From Ignavibacteria bacterium (GTDB lineage: Bacteria > Bacteroidota > Ignavibacteria > Kapaibacteriales > Kapaibacteriaceae), in contig CANMBE010000002.1 of assembly GCA_947495975.1 (NCBI GenBank), positions 89,192-153,191 on the forward strand: DNA of 64,000 nt, written 5' to 3'. Shown here piece by piece: positions 31,030 to 40,513 of the stretch. The notes under the pieces were generated by a model. It was given only the letters and a program-made list of their open reading frames with translations, did not search any database and had not been told where the DNA came from. A program made the translations under genes and the position numbers. Position 1 is the stretch's first letter; every line of letters begins with the position of its first letter.

Positions 31030-32309
31030 AGGTTCACATCATTACACTTGGGTGTAGCAAGAACACTGTAGATAGTGAGATGTTGTCTGGTCATCTCAAA
31101 GCCAACCAGATGGAATTGGCCGAGACAATTGAAGACGCAGACACATTAGTAATCAACACATGTGGCTTCATTGATGCAGCAAAAGAAGAAAGTGTCAACA
31201 CGATTCTCGAAGCAGCTCAGCTAAAGAAGAGTGGCGCACTCCAACGGTTAATCGTTGCAGGATGTCTTTCCGAGCGTTATGGCGATGACTTACGAAAAGA
31301 GATACCCGAGGTTGATCACTTTTTTGGTACCGAGGCCTATGAGCAGATCATTAAGGCAATCTCTCCGGACCTAAAATATTCACTCCTGGGTGAGCGTATT
31401 CTCTCAACGCCTCAACACTATGCATACCTGAAGATCTCTGAAGGCTGCGATAATCCGTGTTCCTTCTGCGCCATTCCAATTATGCGCGGAACCCATCGTA
31501 GCACTCCAATTGAGACTCTAGTGAAAAGCGCTCAAGGTCTTGTTGCACAGGGTGTAAAGGAGCTCATTCTGGTTGCGCAGGACTTAACGTATTACGGCCT
31601 GGATATTTATGATAAACGCAGGCTTGCCGATCTCTTATCTGCATTGGCCGATGAAAGTGGTGCTGAGTGGATCCGTTGCATGTACGCATACCCCGCCAAG
31701 TTTCCGCTCGATGTTTTGCAGGTTATACGCGATACATCAAACATTTGTAATTATCTCGACATGCCACTTCAGCATGCTTCAACGAATGTTTTGAAAAATA
31801 TGCGCCGGGGAATTACGCGCAGAGCTACAGAGGAACTGTTAGATCAAATCCGTCAAACCGTGCCTGACATCGTATTGCGCAGTACCTTTATCATAGGATA
31901 TCCTAGTGAGACGGAAGCAGATGTTGATGAGCTTGTAGAGTTTCTTGACAAACAACAGCTTGACCGCGTAGGAGTGTTTCAATACTCCCAAGAGGACGAC
32001 ACCTATGCATACATTCTAGGTGATCCACTTTCTGCAGAAGTAAAAGAATCGCGCATGAATCGGGTAATGGACTTGCAACGTGGCATCTCACTCGCAAAGA
32101 ATCTTGCCAAAGTTGGCAGTGTGCAACGGGTGCTTATAGAAGAAGACCTAGGCGGCGAATACCGCGGCCGAACAGAGGCTGATGCACCGGAGGTTGACAA
32201 CGACGTATACGTTACCTCATCGCACGAGCTCGTCTTGGGCTCATTTGTACATGTTGCAATTGATGATGCTGAGGATTTTGATTTGTTTGGCAGAGCACAA
32301 CTCAACTAA
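31026..32309 (+). CDS. rimO: ribosomal protein S12 methylthiotransferase RimO
   Basis: MTTase N-terminus (ITLGCSKNTVDSE), radical-SAM CxxxCxxC (EGCDNPCSFCAIP) and a C-terminal TRAM domain. Confidence 0.8.
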   Translation: MKVHIITLGCSKNTVDSEMLSGHLKANQMELAETIEDADTLVINTCGFIDAAKEESVNTILEAAQLKKSGALQRLIVAGCLSERYGDDLRKEIPEVDHFFGTEAYEQIIKAISPDLKYSLLGERILSTPQHYAYLKISEGCDNPCSFCAIPIMRGTHRSTPIETLVKSAQGLVAQGVKELILVAQDLTYYGLDIYDKRRLADLLSALADESGAEWIRCMYAYPAKFPLDVLQVIRDTSNICNYLDMPLQHASTNVLKNMRRGITRRATEELLDQIRQTVPDIVLRSTFIIGYPSETEADVDELVEFLDKQQLDRVGVFQYSQEDDTYAYILGDPLSAEVKESRMNRVMDLQRGISLAKNLAKVGSVQRVLIEEDLGGEYRGRTEADAPEVDNDVYVTSSHELVLGSFVHVAIDDAEDFDLFGRAQLN

Positions 32310-32335
32310 TCGTTGCGTCTGTTCCTGTTGCTGGA

Positions 32336-32695
32336 CTAATGTCTGTAGTGACGAAAGAGTACAGCAAGAACGATGGCGCTAACGCATGACATTGTGATTA
32401 GAAGGATGACAATCCCTACCCGATCGGAGCTGCCCTCAGCTACTGCATACCACTGAACAGAAGCCCGCCAGGTAAACGTCAGCAAGAAGATCGCAACTGC
32501 AGAAAGACTTGCAGGTTGCGTCCACATTCTCCCCTGACGATGCAACAGGCCAAGAACAACGACAAACGTCCCGAAGACTGACCCATTGAAGAGCGACGAA
32601 GCGCTCGTACCCGCCATCAAATAGAAACCTACCACACCTGAAGCAACGAGAAACAATCCGTACACGATGAGCAGAATACCCAATCGCTTATGCAT
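32336..32695 (-). CDS. small integral membrane protein (4 predicted TM)
   Basis: Hydrophobic 119-aa ORF that overlaps the ABC ATPase stop. Confidence 0.35.
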   Translation of the reverse strand: MHKRLGILLIVYGLFLVASGVVGFYLMAGTSASSLFNGSVFGTFVVVLGLLHRQGRMWTQPASLSAVAIFLLTFTWRASVQWYAVAEGSSDRVGIVILLITMSCVSAIVLAVLFRHYRH

Positions 32696-33386
32696 CGTTG
32701 GGTCCTAGGCAACGTCCATCTACCATACGCACGATGCGATGTGCCTTGTTTGCGAGGTCAGGACTATGTGTTGCAATCACACAAGCAATGTTGCGAGTTG
32801 ATTGAAGCCCTAAGAGAAGATCAGCAACAAAACCTGCGTTCGTCGTATCGAGATTCCCTGTAGGCTCATCAGCGAACACAATTGATGGGTTGTTTACAAG
32901 TGCTCGGGCAATTGCAACACGCTGCTGCTCACCCCCTGACATTTCAGTTGGCAAATGATGTGCTCTTGGCAGCATACCAACGTCTTCTAGCAAGGAACTT
33001 GCTTTTTTATTGGCCTCTGCCGGCGACATACCAATGACCAATGCAGGCATTGCAACATTCTCTAGCGCAGTAAACTCTGGCAGCAAATGGTGAAACTGAA
33101 ATACCATACCAATACGCCGCGCGCGAACTGATGCAAGCTCTTTTGACGACAGCTTTGAGAGGTCCGTCATCGTTCCATTAATCTGCAATGCTACGGCACC
33201 ACGGTCAGCCGCATCAAGCGATGCCATGATATGAAGCAAAGTACTTTTGCCTGCGCCGCTTGGGCCAACGAGTGCAATGATTTCTCCGGGTTCAACCTGC
33301 ATCGAGGCACCACGCAGAACGGTTGTATCTACCTGTCCAGTTCTTCGGAATGACCTGTAGAGGTCATGAGCTGTGAGAAGGGGCAT
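32688..33386 (-). CDS. ABC transporter ATP-binding protein (LolD/FtsE-like)
   Basis: Walker A GPSGAGKST, signature LSGGEQQRVAIARA and Walker B VFADEPTGNLD. Confidence 0.75.
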   Translation of the reverse strand: MPLLTAHDLYRSFRRTGQVDTTVLRGASMQVEPGEIIALVGPSGAGKSTLLHIMASLDAADRGAVALQINGTMTDLSKLSSKELASVRARRIGMVFQFHHLLPEFTALENVAMPALVIGMSPAEANKKASSLLEDVGMLPRAHHLPTEMSGGEQQRVAIARALVNNPSIVFADEPTGNLDTTNAGFVADLLLGLQSTRNIACVIATHSPDLANKAHRIVRMVDGRCLGPNDA

Positions 33387-33388
33387 GA

Positions 33389-34411
33389 TTAGAATTGCGA
33401 AAGGACACGAATGTCGTTCTCATAAAGGAGTCGAATGTCATCGATTCCATTGAGCATCAAGACCACACGTTCAACTCCAAAGCCAAAGGCAAATCCAGAA
33501 TATTCATTTGGGTCAATGCCACATTCAGACAAAACATTCGGATGCACCATACCAGCGCCACATATTTCGAGCCACCCAGAGTGTTTACAAATTCGGCAGC
33601 CTTCTCCTTTACAGAGGAAGCATGACATGTCTATCTCACAGCTAGGCTCTGTGAAGGGGAAATATGAAGTGCGAAAACGGAACTCTGCGTTCTCATCATA
33701 GAACCGCCTGGCAAACGCCATTATGGTTCCCTTGAGATCCGCCATACTCACACCCTTGGCGATGTAGAGACCTTCAATCTGATGGAACTCAGCTAGCGAC
33801 CGTGCATTAACCGCTTCGTTACGATAGACGCGGCCCGGCATGATGCAACGGATAGGGGGCTTCATGCTCTCCATCACACGCACTTGCACAGATGAGGTAT
33901 GTGTCCGAAGAAGCACGTCAGAGCGGTCCGCATGCTCTATGAAGAACGTATCCTGCATATCCCTCGCCGGATGATCAGGCGCAAAGTTCAGCTTCCCAAA
34001 ATTATGCGCGTCATCTTCCACGTCCGTACCTTCAGCAACCTCAAACCCCATCGATGTGAATATCTCCACTAATCGGTCAATAGTCTGCGTGATTGGATGC
34101 AGCGCACCTCTTCGAGGTCCACGCGCAGGCAGCGTAACGTCTATTGCTGGAGTAGACGATTGCCGCTCAAATGATTCTTGCACCAATGCGAACGCGCCTT
34201 CGGCCATCGCACGAAGTTCATTGAGAGCTTTTCCTACAAGGGGTTTGTCTTCGCGTGCAACAGCACGCAGACCTTCAACACAGGCTTGAAGGGTTCCCTT
34301 CTTCACCAAATGTTTGAGGCGGAAACTATCGGCGGCCTCTACAGAATCGATGAGCTGGATTTCTAGCTCAATTTCTGTACGAAGCGCAGTTATTTGTTCT
34401 AGGAGAGTCAT
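33389..34411 (-). CDS. pheS: phenylalanine--tRNA ligase alpha subunit
   Basis: FAPDHPARDMQDTFF and class II aaRS motifs. The start was set at the internal ATG (MTLLEQ). Confidence 0.9.
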   Translation of the reverse strand: MTLLEQITALRTEIELEIQLIDSVEAADSFRLKHLVKKGTLQACVEGLRAVAREDKPLVGKALNELRAMAEGAFALVQESFERQSSTPAIDVTLPARGPRRGALHPITQTIDRLVEIFTSMGFEVAEGTDVEDDAHNFGKLNFAPDHPARDMQDTFFIEHADRSDVLLRTHTSSVQVRVMESMKPPIRCIMPGRVYRNEAVNARSLAEFHQIEGLYIAKGVSMADLKGTIMAFARRFYDENAEFRFRTSYFPFTEPSCEIDMSCFLCKGEGCRICKHSGWLEICGAGMVHPNVLSECGIDPNEYSGFAFGFGVERVVLMLNGIDDIRLLYENDIRVLSQF

Positions 34412-34433
34412 GGTATACAAAGGTAGGAATAAG

Positions 34434-34470
34434 AAACGGCGGTGACGACTTGAAGTCATCACCGCCGTTT
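34434..34470 (-). terminator. strong stem-loop (about 16-bp stem) between rplT and pheS, a candidate attenuator or terminator
   Basis: AAACGGCGGTGACGAC-ttgaa-GTCATCACCGCCGTTT, followed on the coding strand by CTTATTCC. Confidence 0.35.
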
Positions 34471-34514
34471 AAATGTTTATAGAAATCACAGGGATCGCTA
34501 TTGGGCGTACACTT

Positions 34515-34856
34515 CTAAACTGACTTTGCAATCGTTGTAAACACCTGTGGGTGGTTCATTGCGATGTCTGCAAGTACCTTACGATTAATCGTAATGTTCT
34601 TCAGCTTTAGGCCGTGCATGAGACGGGAGTATGTTGTGCCGTTGATACGTGCAGCAGCATTGATGCGAATGATCCAAAGAGCGCGAAATGTGCGCTTCTT
34701 ATTACGACGGTCGCGATAAGCGTATTGAAGACCCTTTTCAACGTGGTGCTTTGCAATCGTCCAAACTTTTGAACGTGCGCCCCAGTAACCCTTGGCGAGT
34801 TTAAAGTACTTCTTCTTCCGCTGATGCGCCGCTACTTTATTGACACTACGTGGCAT
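34515..34856 (-). CDS. rplT: 50S ribosomal protein L20
   Basis: [29 protein letters not shown]. Confidence 0.95.
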   Translation of the reverse strand: MPRSVNKVAAHQRKKKYFKLAKGYWGARSKVWTIAKHHVEKGLQYAYRDRRNKKRTFRALWIIRINAAARINGTTYSRLMHGLKLKNITINRKVLADIAMNHPQVFTTIAKSV

Positions 34857-34928
34857 GTCAAACCTCCATTACATATGTCGTCAGGAGAACGGCTACGTCC
34901 CTGATCGACGTGAGAGAAAAATCGACTT

Positions 34929-35126
34929 TTAGCGAAGCGCTAGGCAATGTAAAACGTTGTTCATATCCGACGGGTGCACGAGTGTGTCCTGGCGGAGATT
35001 ACGCTTGCGCTTACGGCTCTTGCTTGTGAGGATGTGGCTACGATTTGCCTTCTGACGCTTGATTGCTCCAGATCCCGTGATCTTGAATCGCTTCTTCGCG
35101 CCCGAATTTGTCTTCATCTTCGGCAT
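34929..35126 (-). CDS. rpmI: 50S ribosomal protein L35
   Basis: [20 protein letters not shown]. Confidence 0.9.
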   Translation of the reverse strand: MPKMKTNSGAKKRFKITGSGAIKRQKANRSHILTSKSRKRKRNLRQDTLVHPSDMNNVLHCLALR

Positions 35127-35130
35127 TACA

Positions 35131-35940
35131 TTACTCCTGAACTGATTGTTGTTGCTCTTCTATTGAGGTGTCAGAGATTGGTTCGGGTTCCGTTCCGTTC
35201 TCTGAGACTGCTTCTGTCACTGGCATTGCTTTGGGCTTCAGTTCAACTTTTCCATCAGACTTAGGCTTTGGCTCTTTCTTCTTCACAGGCTTCTTGATAT
35301 CTGGTGCAAGCATCAGTCCCAAGAATCTTCCTTCCATACGCATCGACTGGTCAACCTTAGATACGTCTACAAGTGCGTCGATGAATCGTTGCAAGAGAAC
35401 TTCGCCGAGTTCTTTGTGCAGAATCTCTCGCCCCTTGAACATCACAGTTGCTTTTACTTTATGCCCTTCTTCGAGAAACTCCCGCGCGTGACGGGTTTTG
35501 AAATCAAAGTCGTGTACATCTGTACCGGCTTTGAATCTCACTTCCTTCAGCGTAGTTGTTGTCTGTTGTTTCTTCTGCTGCTTGTCGCGTTTAGTCTGCT
35601 CATAAATGAACTTACCATAGTCGATGATTTTGCATACCGGCGGTTTTGCTTGGGGTGCAATCTCAACAAGATCAAGCTCGCGCTCTAATGCTATGTGCAA
35701 TGCTTCTTTGCGTGTCATAACTCCAAGCGGCGCACCTTGCGCATCAACTACACGTAAATCAGCAGCGCCGATCTCATCGTTGATCTTGTGTTTTCTCTGT
35801 GGTTCCTGACGCGGACCTTGCGGCGGAATGTACGGACGCCTCAAAAGGACCTTCTGTAATATTGGATGAACTTCTTGTGAAGAACGCAAAGATAACGGTG
35901 AAAAGGGGTTACGTCCAAACCCCGTGATGGATTTGCGCAA
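35131..35940 (-). CDS. infC: translation initiation factor IF-3 with an unusual Lys/Glu/Pro-rich C-terminal tail; 5' end uncertain
   Basis: IF3 N and C domains ([14 protein letters not shown]...[15 protein letters not shown]...[14 protein letters not shown]). IF3 genes commonly start with AUU/AUA, so the real start is probably internal to the listed ORF. Confidence 0.8.
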   Translation of the reverse strand: MRKSITGFGRNPFSPLSLRSSQEVHPILQKVLLRRPYIPPQGPRQEPQRKHKINDEIGAADLRVVDAQGAPLGVMTRKEALHIALERELDLVEIAPQAKPPVCKIIDYGKFIYEQTKRDKQQKKQQTTTTLKEVRFKAGTDVHDFDFKTRHAREFLEEGHKVKATVMFKGREILHKELGEVLLQRFIDALVDVSKVDQSMRMEGRFLGLMLAPDIKKPVKKKEPKPKSDGKVELKPKAMPVTEAVSENGTEPEPISDTSIEEQQQSVQE

Positions 35941-35983
35941 GTTCCTTCGTAATTTTTATGCTCTTTCCACGTCAACTGACCCC

Positions 35984-38461
35984 ATGATAGACCAATCCGG
36001 ACTTCTCGATTCGATAGAACAAGCTGAAAAAAGGGCTCCAGCGATCCCAATACAGATGCCGGTGCTCCCCTTGCGAGACATCGTTATCTATCCCCACATG
36101 ATCTTTCCGGTGCTTATTGGACGCGCCTCATCTCTAAAGGCTGTTGCAGAATCTCTAGAGCGCGATAAGTTTATTCTTGTTACTGCGCAGCGCAATGCGG
36201 CTACTGAAGACGCTGGGTTCGACGATATTCACAAGGTAGGCACGGTTGCTAAAATCCTGCAAGTCATGCGTCTGCCAAACAACCTTTTGAAAGTTCTTGT
36301 TGAGGGGGCTGTAACGGCACGTATCACTGGTGCGGCACGCACGGAACCTTACTTAGAGGCAGAGGTTGAAACCATCGCTCCTATCGTGAATGAAAAAGAT
36401 CGAAATCTGAAGGCTCTCATTCGCCATGCCACTGAACTTTTTGAAGAGTATGTAAAAGAGAATCGAAATCTTCCGCCCGAAGTATTGGGAGCGTTTCAAA
36501 ACATTGAAGACCCAATTCGCAAACTCTATTATGCTGCTGCAAATGTTTCGCAGAAGGTTGAGATCAAGCAGAAAATTCTTGATGCACCTGATGTGAAGAC
36601 GCAATATTATGAGTTGGTTCAGATGTTGTCAAACGAGCTTGAACTTTTGCGTCTCGAAATTGAGATTGATACGAAGGTTCAAGATCAAATTCAAAAGTCG
36701 CAGCGGAAATATTTTATTCAGGAACAAATCCGTGCGCTACAAACAGAACTCGGTGATGACGATGATGGCGGCACAGAGCTTGGCCCACTCCGCGAGTTGC
36801 TTGAAAAAGCAGAGTTGCCTGATTCAGTAAAGTCAAAAGTTTTTGAAGAATTCGATAGGCTCAAGCGCACTCCGTCCATGTCGCCAGAGTTTAGCGTCAA
36901 CCGTACGTGGCTAGAATGGATTGCCAATGTTCCGTGGTCGGCCAAAACTGCTGATGATCTCGACATTAATCACGTGAAGGGCATTCTTGATGCTGACCAC
37001 TATGACCTTGAAAAACCAAAGCAACGCATTCTTGAGTTTATTTCAGTCCTGAATCTTGTTGGGGCAATGCGTGGCCAGATTCTCTGTCTCACTGGCCCTC
37101 CTGGTGTTGGTAAGACATCTTTGGCAAAGTCTATTGCACGGGCGCTTGGTCGGAACTTCGTTCGTATGTCGCTTGGCGGAGTTCGTGATGAAGCAGAGAT
37201 TCGCGGTCACCGACGCACGTACATCGGCGCTATGCCTGGTAAGATCGTGCAGTCAATGAAGCGCGCAGGCAGTACAAACCCTGTGATCTTGCTTGATGAG
37301 ATCGATAAGATGTCAACCGATTTCAGAGGCGACCCAAGTGCCGCTCTATTAGAGGTGCTCGATCCAGAACAGAACAGTACATTCAACGATCACTACCTCG
37401 AAGTAGATTACGATCTATCAAACGTGCTCTTCATTGCAACCGCAAATGTGAAGTATGATATTCCAGGTCCATTGCTTGATCGACTCGAAGTGATCGAATT
37501 ATCGAGCTATCTAGAGCCAGACAAGGTGCAGATTGCAAAGCAGTACATCATTCCAAAACAACTTGGACGTCACGGCCTGCAAGACTTCTCTATCTCTTTC
37601 ACCGATGCTGCGCTTTTAAAAATTGTACGCGAGCACACGCGCGAAGCCGGTGTTCGTAGTCTTGAGCGAGAGATCGCAAGTGTCCTTCGTAAGCTCGCGA
37701 TGGAAATTGTTGGTGAGGTAAGTAAACGTTCTGGCAAGGTGAAAGTAGACGATGTCCGTCAGAATAAGGCCTATATCAAGCTGACGAAACAGAAGACGTG
37801 GAAGGTTGATGAGAAGACTGTAGAAAGACTTCTTCGCGCAGCGAAGTTCAAAGAAAAAGAAGAAGAACTCAGCGATAAAGTTGGTGTTGCTACGGGGCTT
37901 GCTTGGACCTCAATGGGTGGTGACACATTGCCTGTAGAAGTGACGATTATGTCGGGCGCTGAAAGACTTACCCTCACAGGTAAACTTGGTGATGTGATGA
38001 AGGAGTCTGCAATGGCTGCATTATCGTTCCTACGTGCTAACGCAACACAGTTTGGCTTGGATCCTGAATTCTCAAAAGGTAAAGAGATTCACATCCACGT
38101 TCCAGAGGGAGCCATTCCAAAGGACGGTCCTTCGGCCGGTATCACGATGACGCTTGCACTGCTTTCAGCGGCAAGTGGTAAGCCCCTTCGTGGAGATGTT
38201 GCGATGACCGGCGAGGTAACGCTCCGAGGGAATGTGCTGCCAATTGGTGGATTAAATGAGAAGCTTCTAGCCGCGAAACGGGCTGGCATGACGCATGTGC
38301 TGGTTCCAAAGGACAACCAAAAGGACGTTCTGGAGCTCTCTCCTCTGGTAACTGAAGGCCTAACCATCGTGTATGTTTCTCACATTTCAGAAGCGTTGCC
38401 TGTGGCTTTTCGCAAGGAGAAATCACAGCCCCGTGCCGCAAAAACCACACGTAAGCGTTAA
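35984..38461 (+). CDS. lon: ATP-dependent protease Lon
   Basis: LON N domain (PVLPLRDIVIYPHMIFPV), Walker A GPPGVGKTS and protease Ser (DGPSAGIT). Confidence 0.95.
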   Translation: MIDQSGLLDSIEQAEKRAPAIPIQMPVLPLRDIVIYPHMIFPVLIGRASSLKAVAESLERDKFILVTAQRNAATEDAGFDDIHKVGTVAKILQVMRLPNNLLKVLVEGAVTARITGAARTEPYLEAEVETIAPIVNEKDRNLKALIRHATELFEEYVKENRNLPPEVLGAFQNIEDPIRKLYYAAANVSQKVEIKQKILDAPDVKTQYYELVQMLSNELELLRLEIEIDTKVQDQIQKSQRKYFIQEQIRALQTELGDDDDGGTELGPLRELLEKAELPDSVKSKVFEEFDRLKRTPSMSPEFSVNRTWLEWIANVPWSAKTADDLDINHVKGILDADHYDLEKPKQRILEFISVLNLVGAMRGQILCLTGPPGVGKTSLAKSIARALGRNFVRMSLGGVRDEAEIRGHRRTYIGAMPGKIVQSMKRAGSTNPVILLDEIDKMSTDFRGDPSAALLEVLDPEQNSTFNDHYLEVDYDLSNVLFIATANVKYDIPGPLLDRLEVIELSSYLEPDKVQIAKQYIIPKQLGRHGLQDFSISFTDAALLKIVREHTREAGVRSLEREIASVLRKLAMEIVGEVSKRSGKVKVDDVRQNKAYIKLTKQKTWKVDEKTVERLLRAAKFKEKEEELSDKVGVATGLAWTSMGGDTLPVEVTIMSGAERLTLTGKLGDVMKESAMAALSFLRANATQFGLDPEFSKGKEIHIHVPEGAIPKDGPSAGITMTLALLSAASGKPLRGDVAMTGEVTLRGNVLPIGGLNEKLLAAKRAGMTHVLVPKDNQKDVLELSPLVTEGLTIVYVSHISEALPVAFRKEKSQPRAAKTTRKR

Positions 38462-38538
38462 CCCTGTTTGGAGTTACCGATTATCTGCCGTAGATTTGAG
38501 GCTCTTACAATCGCAATCGAGAAATACGGAGAATTGTC

Positions 38539-38718
38539 ATGGCTAAAAAGGGCGCACGCGTCATCATTACGCTAGAATGCACGGAAGCTAAAAAAGAAGG
38601 CAAGCCGGCATCGCGTTATTCAACAATGAAGAACAAGCAAAACACCACGGAACGCTTGGAACTCAAGAAGTACAACCCATTTCTTAAGCGTCACACGCTA
38701 CATAAAGAAGTTCGTTAA
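38539..38718 (+). CDS. rpmG: 50S ribosomal protein L33 (59 aa, below the ORF-track size cutoff)
   Basis: Hand translation: [59 protein letters not shown]. Confidence 0.85.
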   Translation: MAKKGARVIITLECTEAKKEGKPASRYSTMKNKQNTTERLELKKYNPFLKRHTLHKEVR

Positions 38719-38744
38719 GCTCCCTATCCTGTTGCATCACATGA

Positions 38745-38775
38745 AAAGCCCCAGCATCTGCTGGGGCTTTTTTCG
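38745..38775. terminator. rho-independent, probably bidirectional terminator: GCCCCAGCA-tctg-CTGGGGC plus T-tract
   Basis: Perfect 8-bp GC-rich stem with T runs on both strands, between the convergent rpmG and the CTD remnant. Confidence 0.6.
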
Positions 38776-38794
38776 TTTTCACCAAATACATCGG

Positions 38795-39223
38795 CTATTG
38801 TGTGACAATCTTTACGGGGCAACAATCAAGGTATTCCTTAGAAGATAAAAAGTACACACCTGTTGCATGGTTCAAGAGATTGATCAATGGGCCAGCAGAC
38901 GTGTGAACGATACTGCCGCCTGCGTCCCGAACGATAAACATTCCAAACGCTGGTTCCTTTTCTTGATCGAGGATCGTGACGGTTGAGCTTGCTGGATTCG
39001 GAACAGAAACGAAACAAGGCCGATCGTTTACATTGTCTGACATTACGCTTGTTGTAGAATCGAATCTCATGCGCCATACATCATTCGAAGATGCTACCCA
39101 TAGGCCTCCTTTTTCATCAAATCGGGCAGATGTAAATTTCGTATCGAACGGAAACACATCGATTTCGGTCCATGATTGACCATTGTCAGTGGAGGTAACA
39201 ACACTGTGATCTCGTCCACTTTG
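38795..39223 (-). pseudogene. remnant of a T9SS cargo protein: one BNR/Asp-box repeat plus a T9SS C-terminal sorting domain
   Basis: BNR repeat (STDNGQSWT) and CTD signature (PNPASSTVTI...IVRDAGGSIV...TGVYFL). The frame hits a stop immediately upstream and 39224-39435 has no coherent frame. Confidence 0.45.
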
Positions 39224-39435
39224 TTACTCCAACGAGTGCATTGCTATTAGGCGCTAAATTCGTCGTGTTTCGCCTGAAATGAAAATGTGAGTTCCGTCTG
39301 TTCCCTCGTTGATTTTCTGATTGGTTTACGATGGGATTGGAGGTCAGAAATGATCAAATCGGCGCATTCGAAGAAGTACTAACCTACTCAGCCAGTCACG
39401 GAAGCACAAAACCTCAGAGAAAGTTTCATACCCGG

Positions 39436-39780
39436 CTAGCCAGCCGGGAAATAGGGTTTGATTGAGTTTGGTTGGATGCGAGCCAGCTTACTGGAAACGG
39501 CCTCGGCAAGGTTGACCCCCCTTGCATTACAAAAGTTCATCAGTGCGATCAAAACGTCGGCAGCTTCATCTGCGGTGTGTGCGTCGTTAGGTGGAGCCCC
39601 TTTCCATCGTTTCTTTTCGAGATTTGCTAGCTCGCCGGCTTCGCCGCAGAGTTCAAGGCAGAAAAACTCGGGTGGATGTGCAACAAAGCACTCCTTCTGA
39701 TAGACGTCAAAGGCCTGCTGGATGGGAGTAAGACCGGTGTTGACGGCCTCGATGAGTGAGTCGCACAATGGATTGTTCAT
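39436..39780 (-). CDS. MazG-like nucleotide pyrophosphohydrolase
   Basis: All-alpha EExGE...EE.aDvL pattern (ELCGEAGELANLEKK...ADEAADVLIALMNF). Confidence 0.6.
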   Translation of the reverse strand: MNNPLCDSLIEAVNTGLTPIQQAFDVYQKECFVAHPPEFFCLELCGEAGELANLEKKRWKGAPPNDAHTADEAADVLIALMNFCNARGVNLAEAVSSKLARIQPNSIKPYFPAG

Positions 39781-40484
39781 TCTGCGCTTGCCTCAACTTC
39801 TGGTTCATGGGAGCCACCTTCGCGCATGCGATATCCCACACCACGAATGCTTGTGATGAGCTGTGTTTGTCCAGGCTTTTCAATCTTCTGACGGATGCGT
39901 TTAACGTAGACGTCTATAATGTTTGATTCGGGATCAAAGTTATGTTTCCATACATGCTGCATGATCATGGATCTTGATAAAATCCTATCCTTATTTCTCA
40001 TTAAGTATTCTAAGAGCGCATATTCTTTTGTGGTGAGTTCAATCTCTTTCTCGTCTCTGAAGGCAAAGTGCGTCACTAAGTCGAGCGTGATTTCTCCACA
40101 CTGAAGTTTTGTGGTCTTCTCTGTTGTTGATCTGCGAAGTATTGAACGCAATCTTGCAGCAAGCTCTTCAAAGTGAAATGGTTTTGACAAATAATCATCT
40201 GCTCCAAGGTCGAGTCCCTGCACACGATCCTCAGTGGTGCCACGTGCGGTGAGCATGATAACAGGTGTTGCATTTCCCTCATCACGTATTGCCCTAAGCA
40301 CGCTATAGCCGTCCAACTTGGGCAACATGACGTCTAGCACGATCGCGTCAAACACGTTATTCAAGGCAAGATCGAGACCAATCTGTCCGTCTGCAGCGGT
40401 TTCTACGATATAGCGCTCTTCTTCGAGGCCACGCTTGATGAAGCTGGCAACCTTGCGCTCGTCTTCAATTACTAGGATTCTCAT
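39777..40484 (-). CDS. OmpR-family two-component response regulator (orphan)
   Basis: Receiver domain (VLDVMLPKLDG) and winged-helix output (RGVGYRM). Its stop overlaps the MazG-like start (ATGA). Confidence 0.9.
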   Translation of the reverse strand: MRILVIEDERKVASFIKRGLEEERYIVETAADGQIGLDLALNNVFDAIVLDVMLPKLDGYSVLRAIRDEGNATPVIMLTARGTTEDRVQGLDLGADDYLSKPFHFEELAARLRSILRRSTTEKTTKLQCGEITLDLVTHFAFRDEKEIELTTKEYALLEYLMRNKDRILSRSMIMQHVWKHNFDPESNIIDVYVKRIRQKIEKPGQTQLITSIRGVGYRMREGGSHEPEVEASAE

Positions 40485-40513
40485 GCCTCCAAGATACGAC
40501 TGACCGTATCTTC

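Noticed and set aside
35924-35983. Upstream Met (MMDLRKF...) as the lon start
   Set aside because: It would overlap the divergent infC ORF. The next in-frame ATG (MIDQSG...) still precedes the conserved Lon N-domain motif, so it was preferred.
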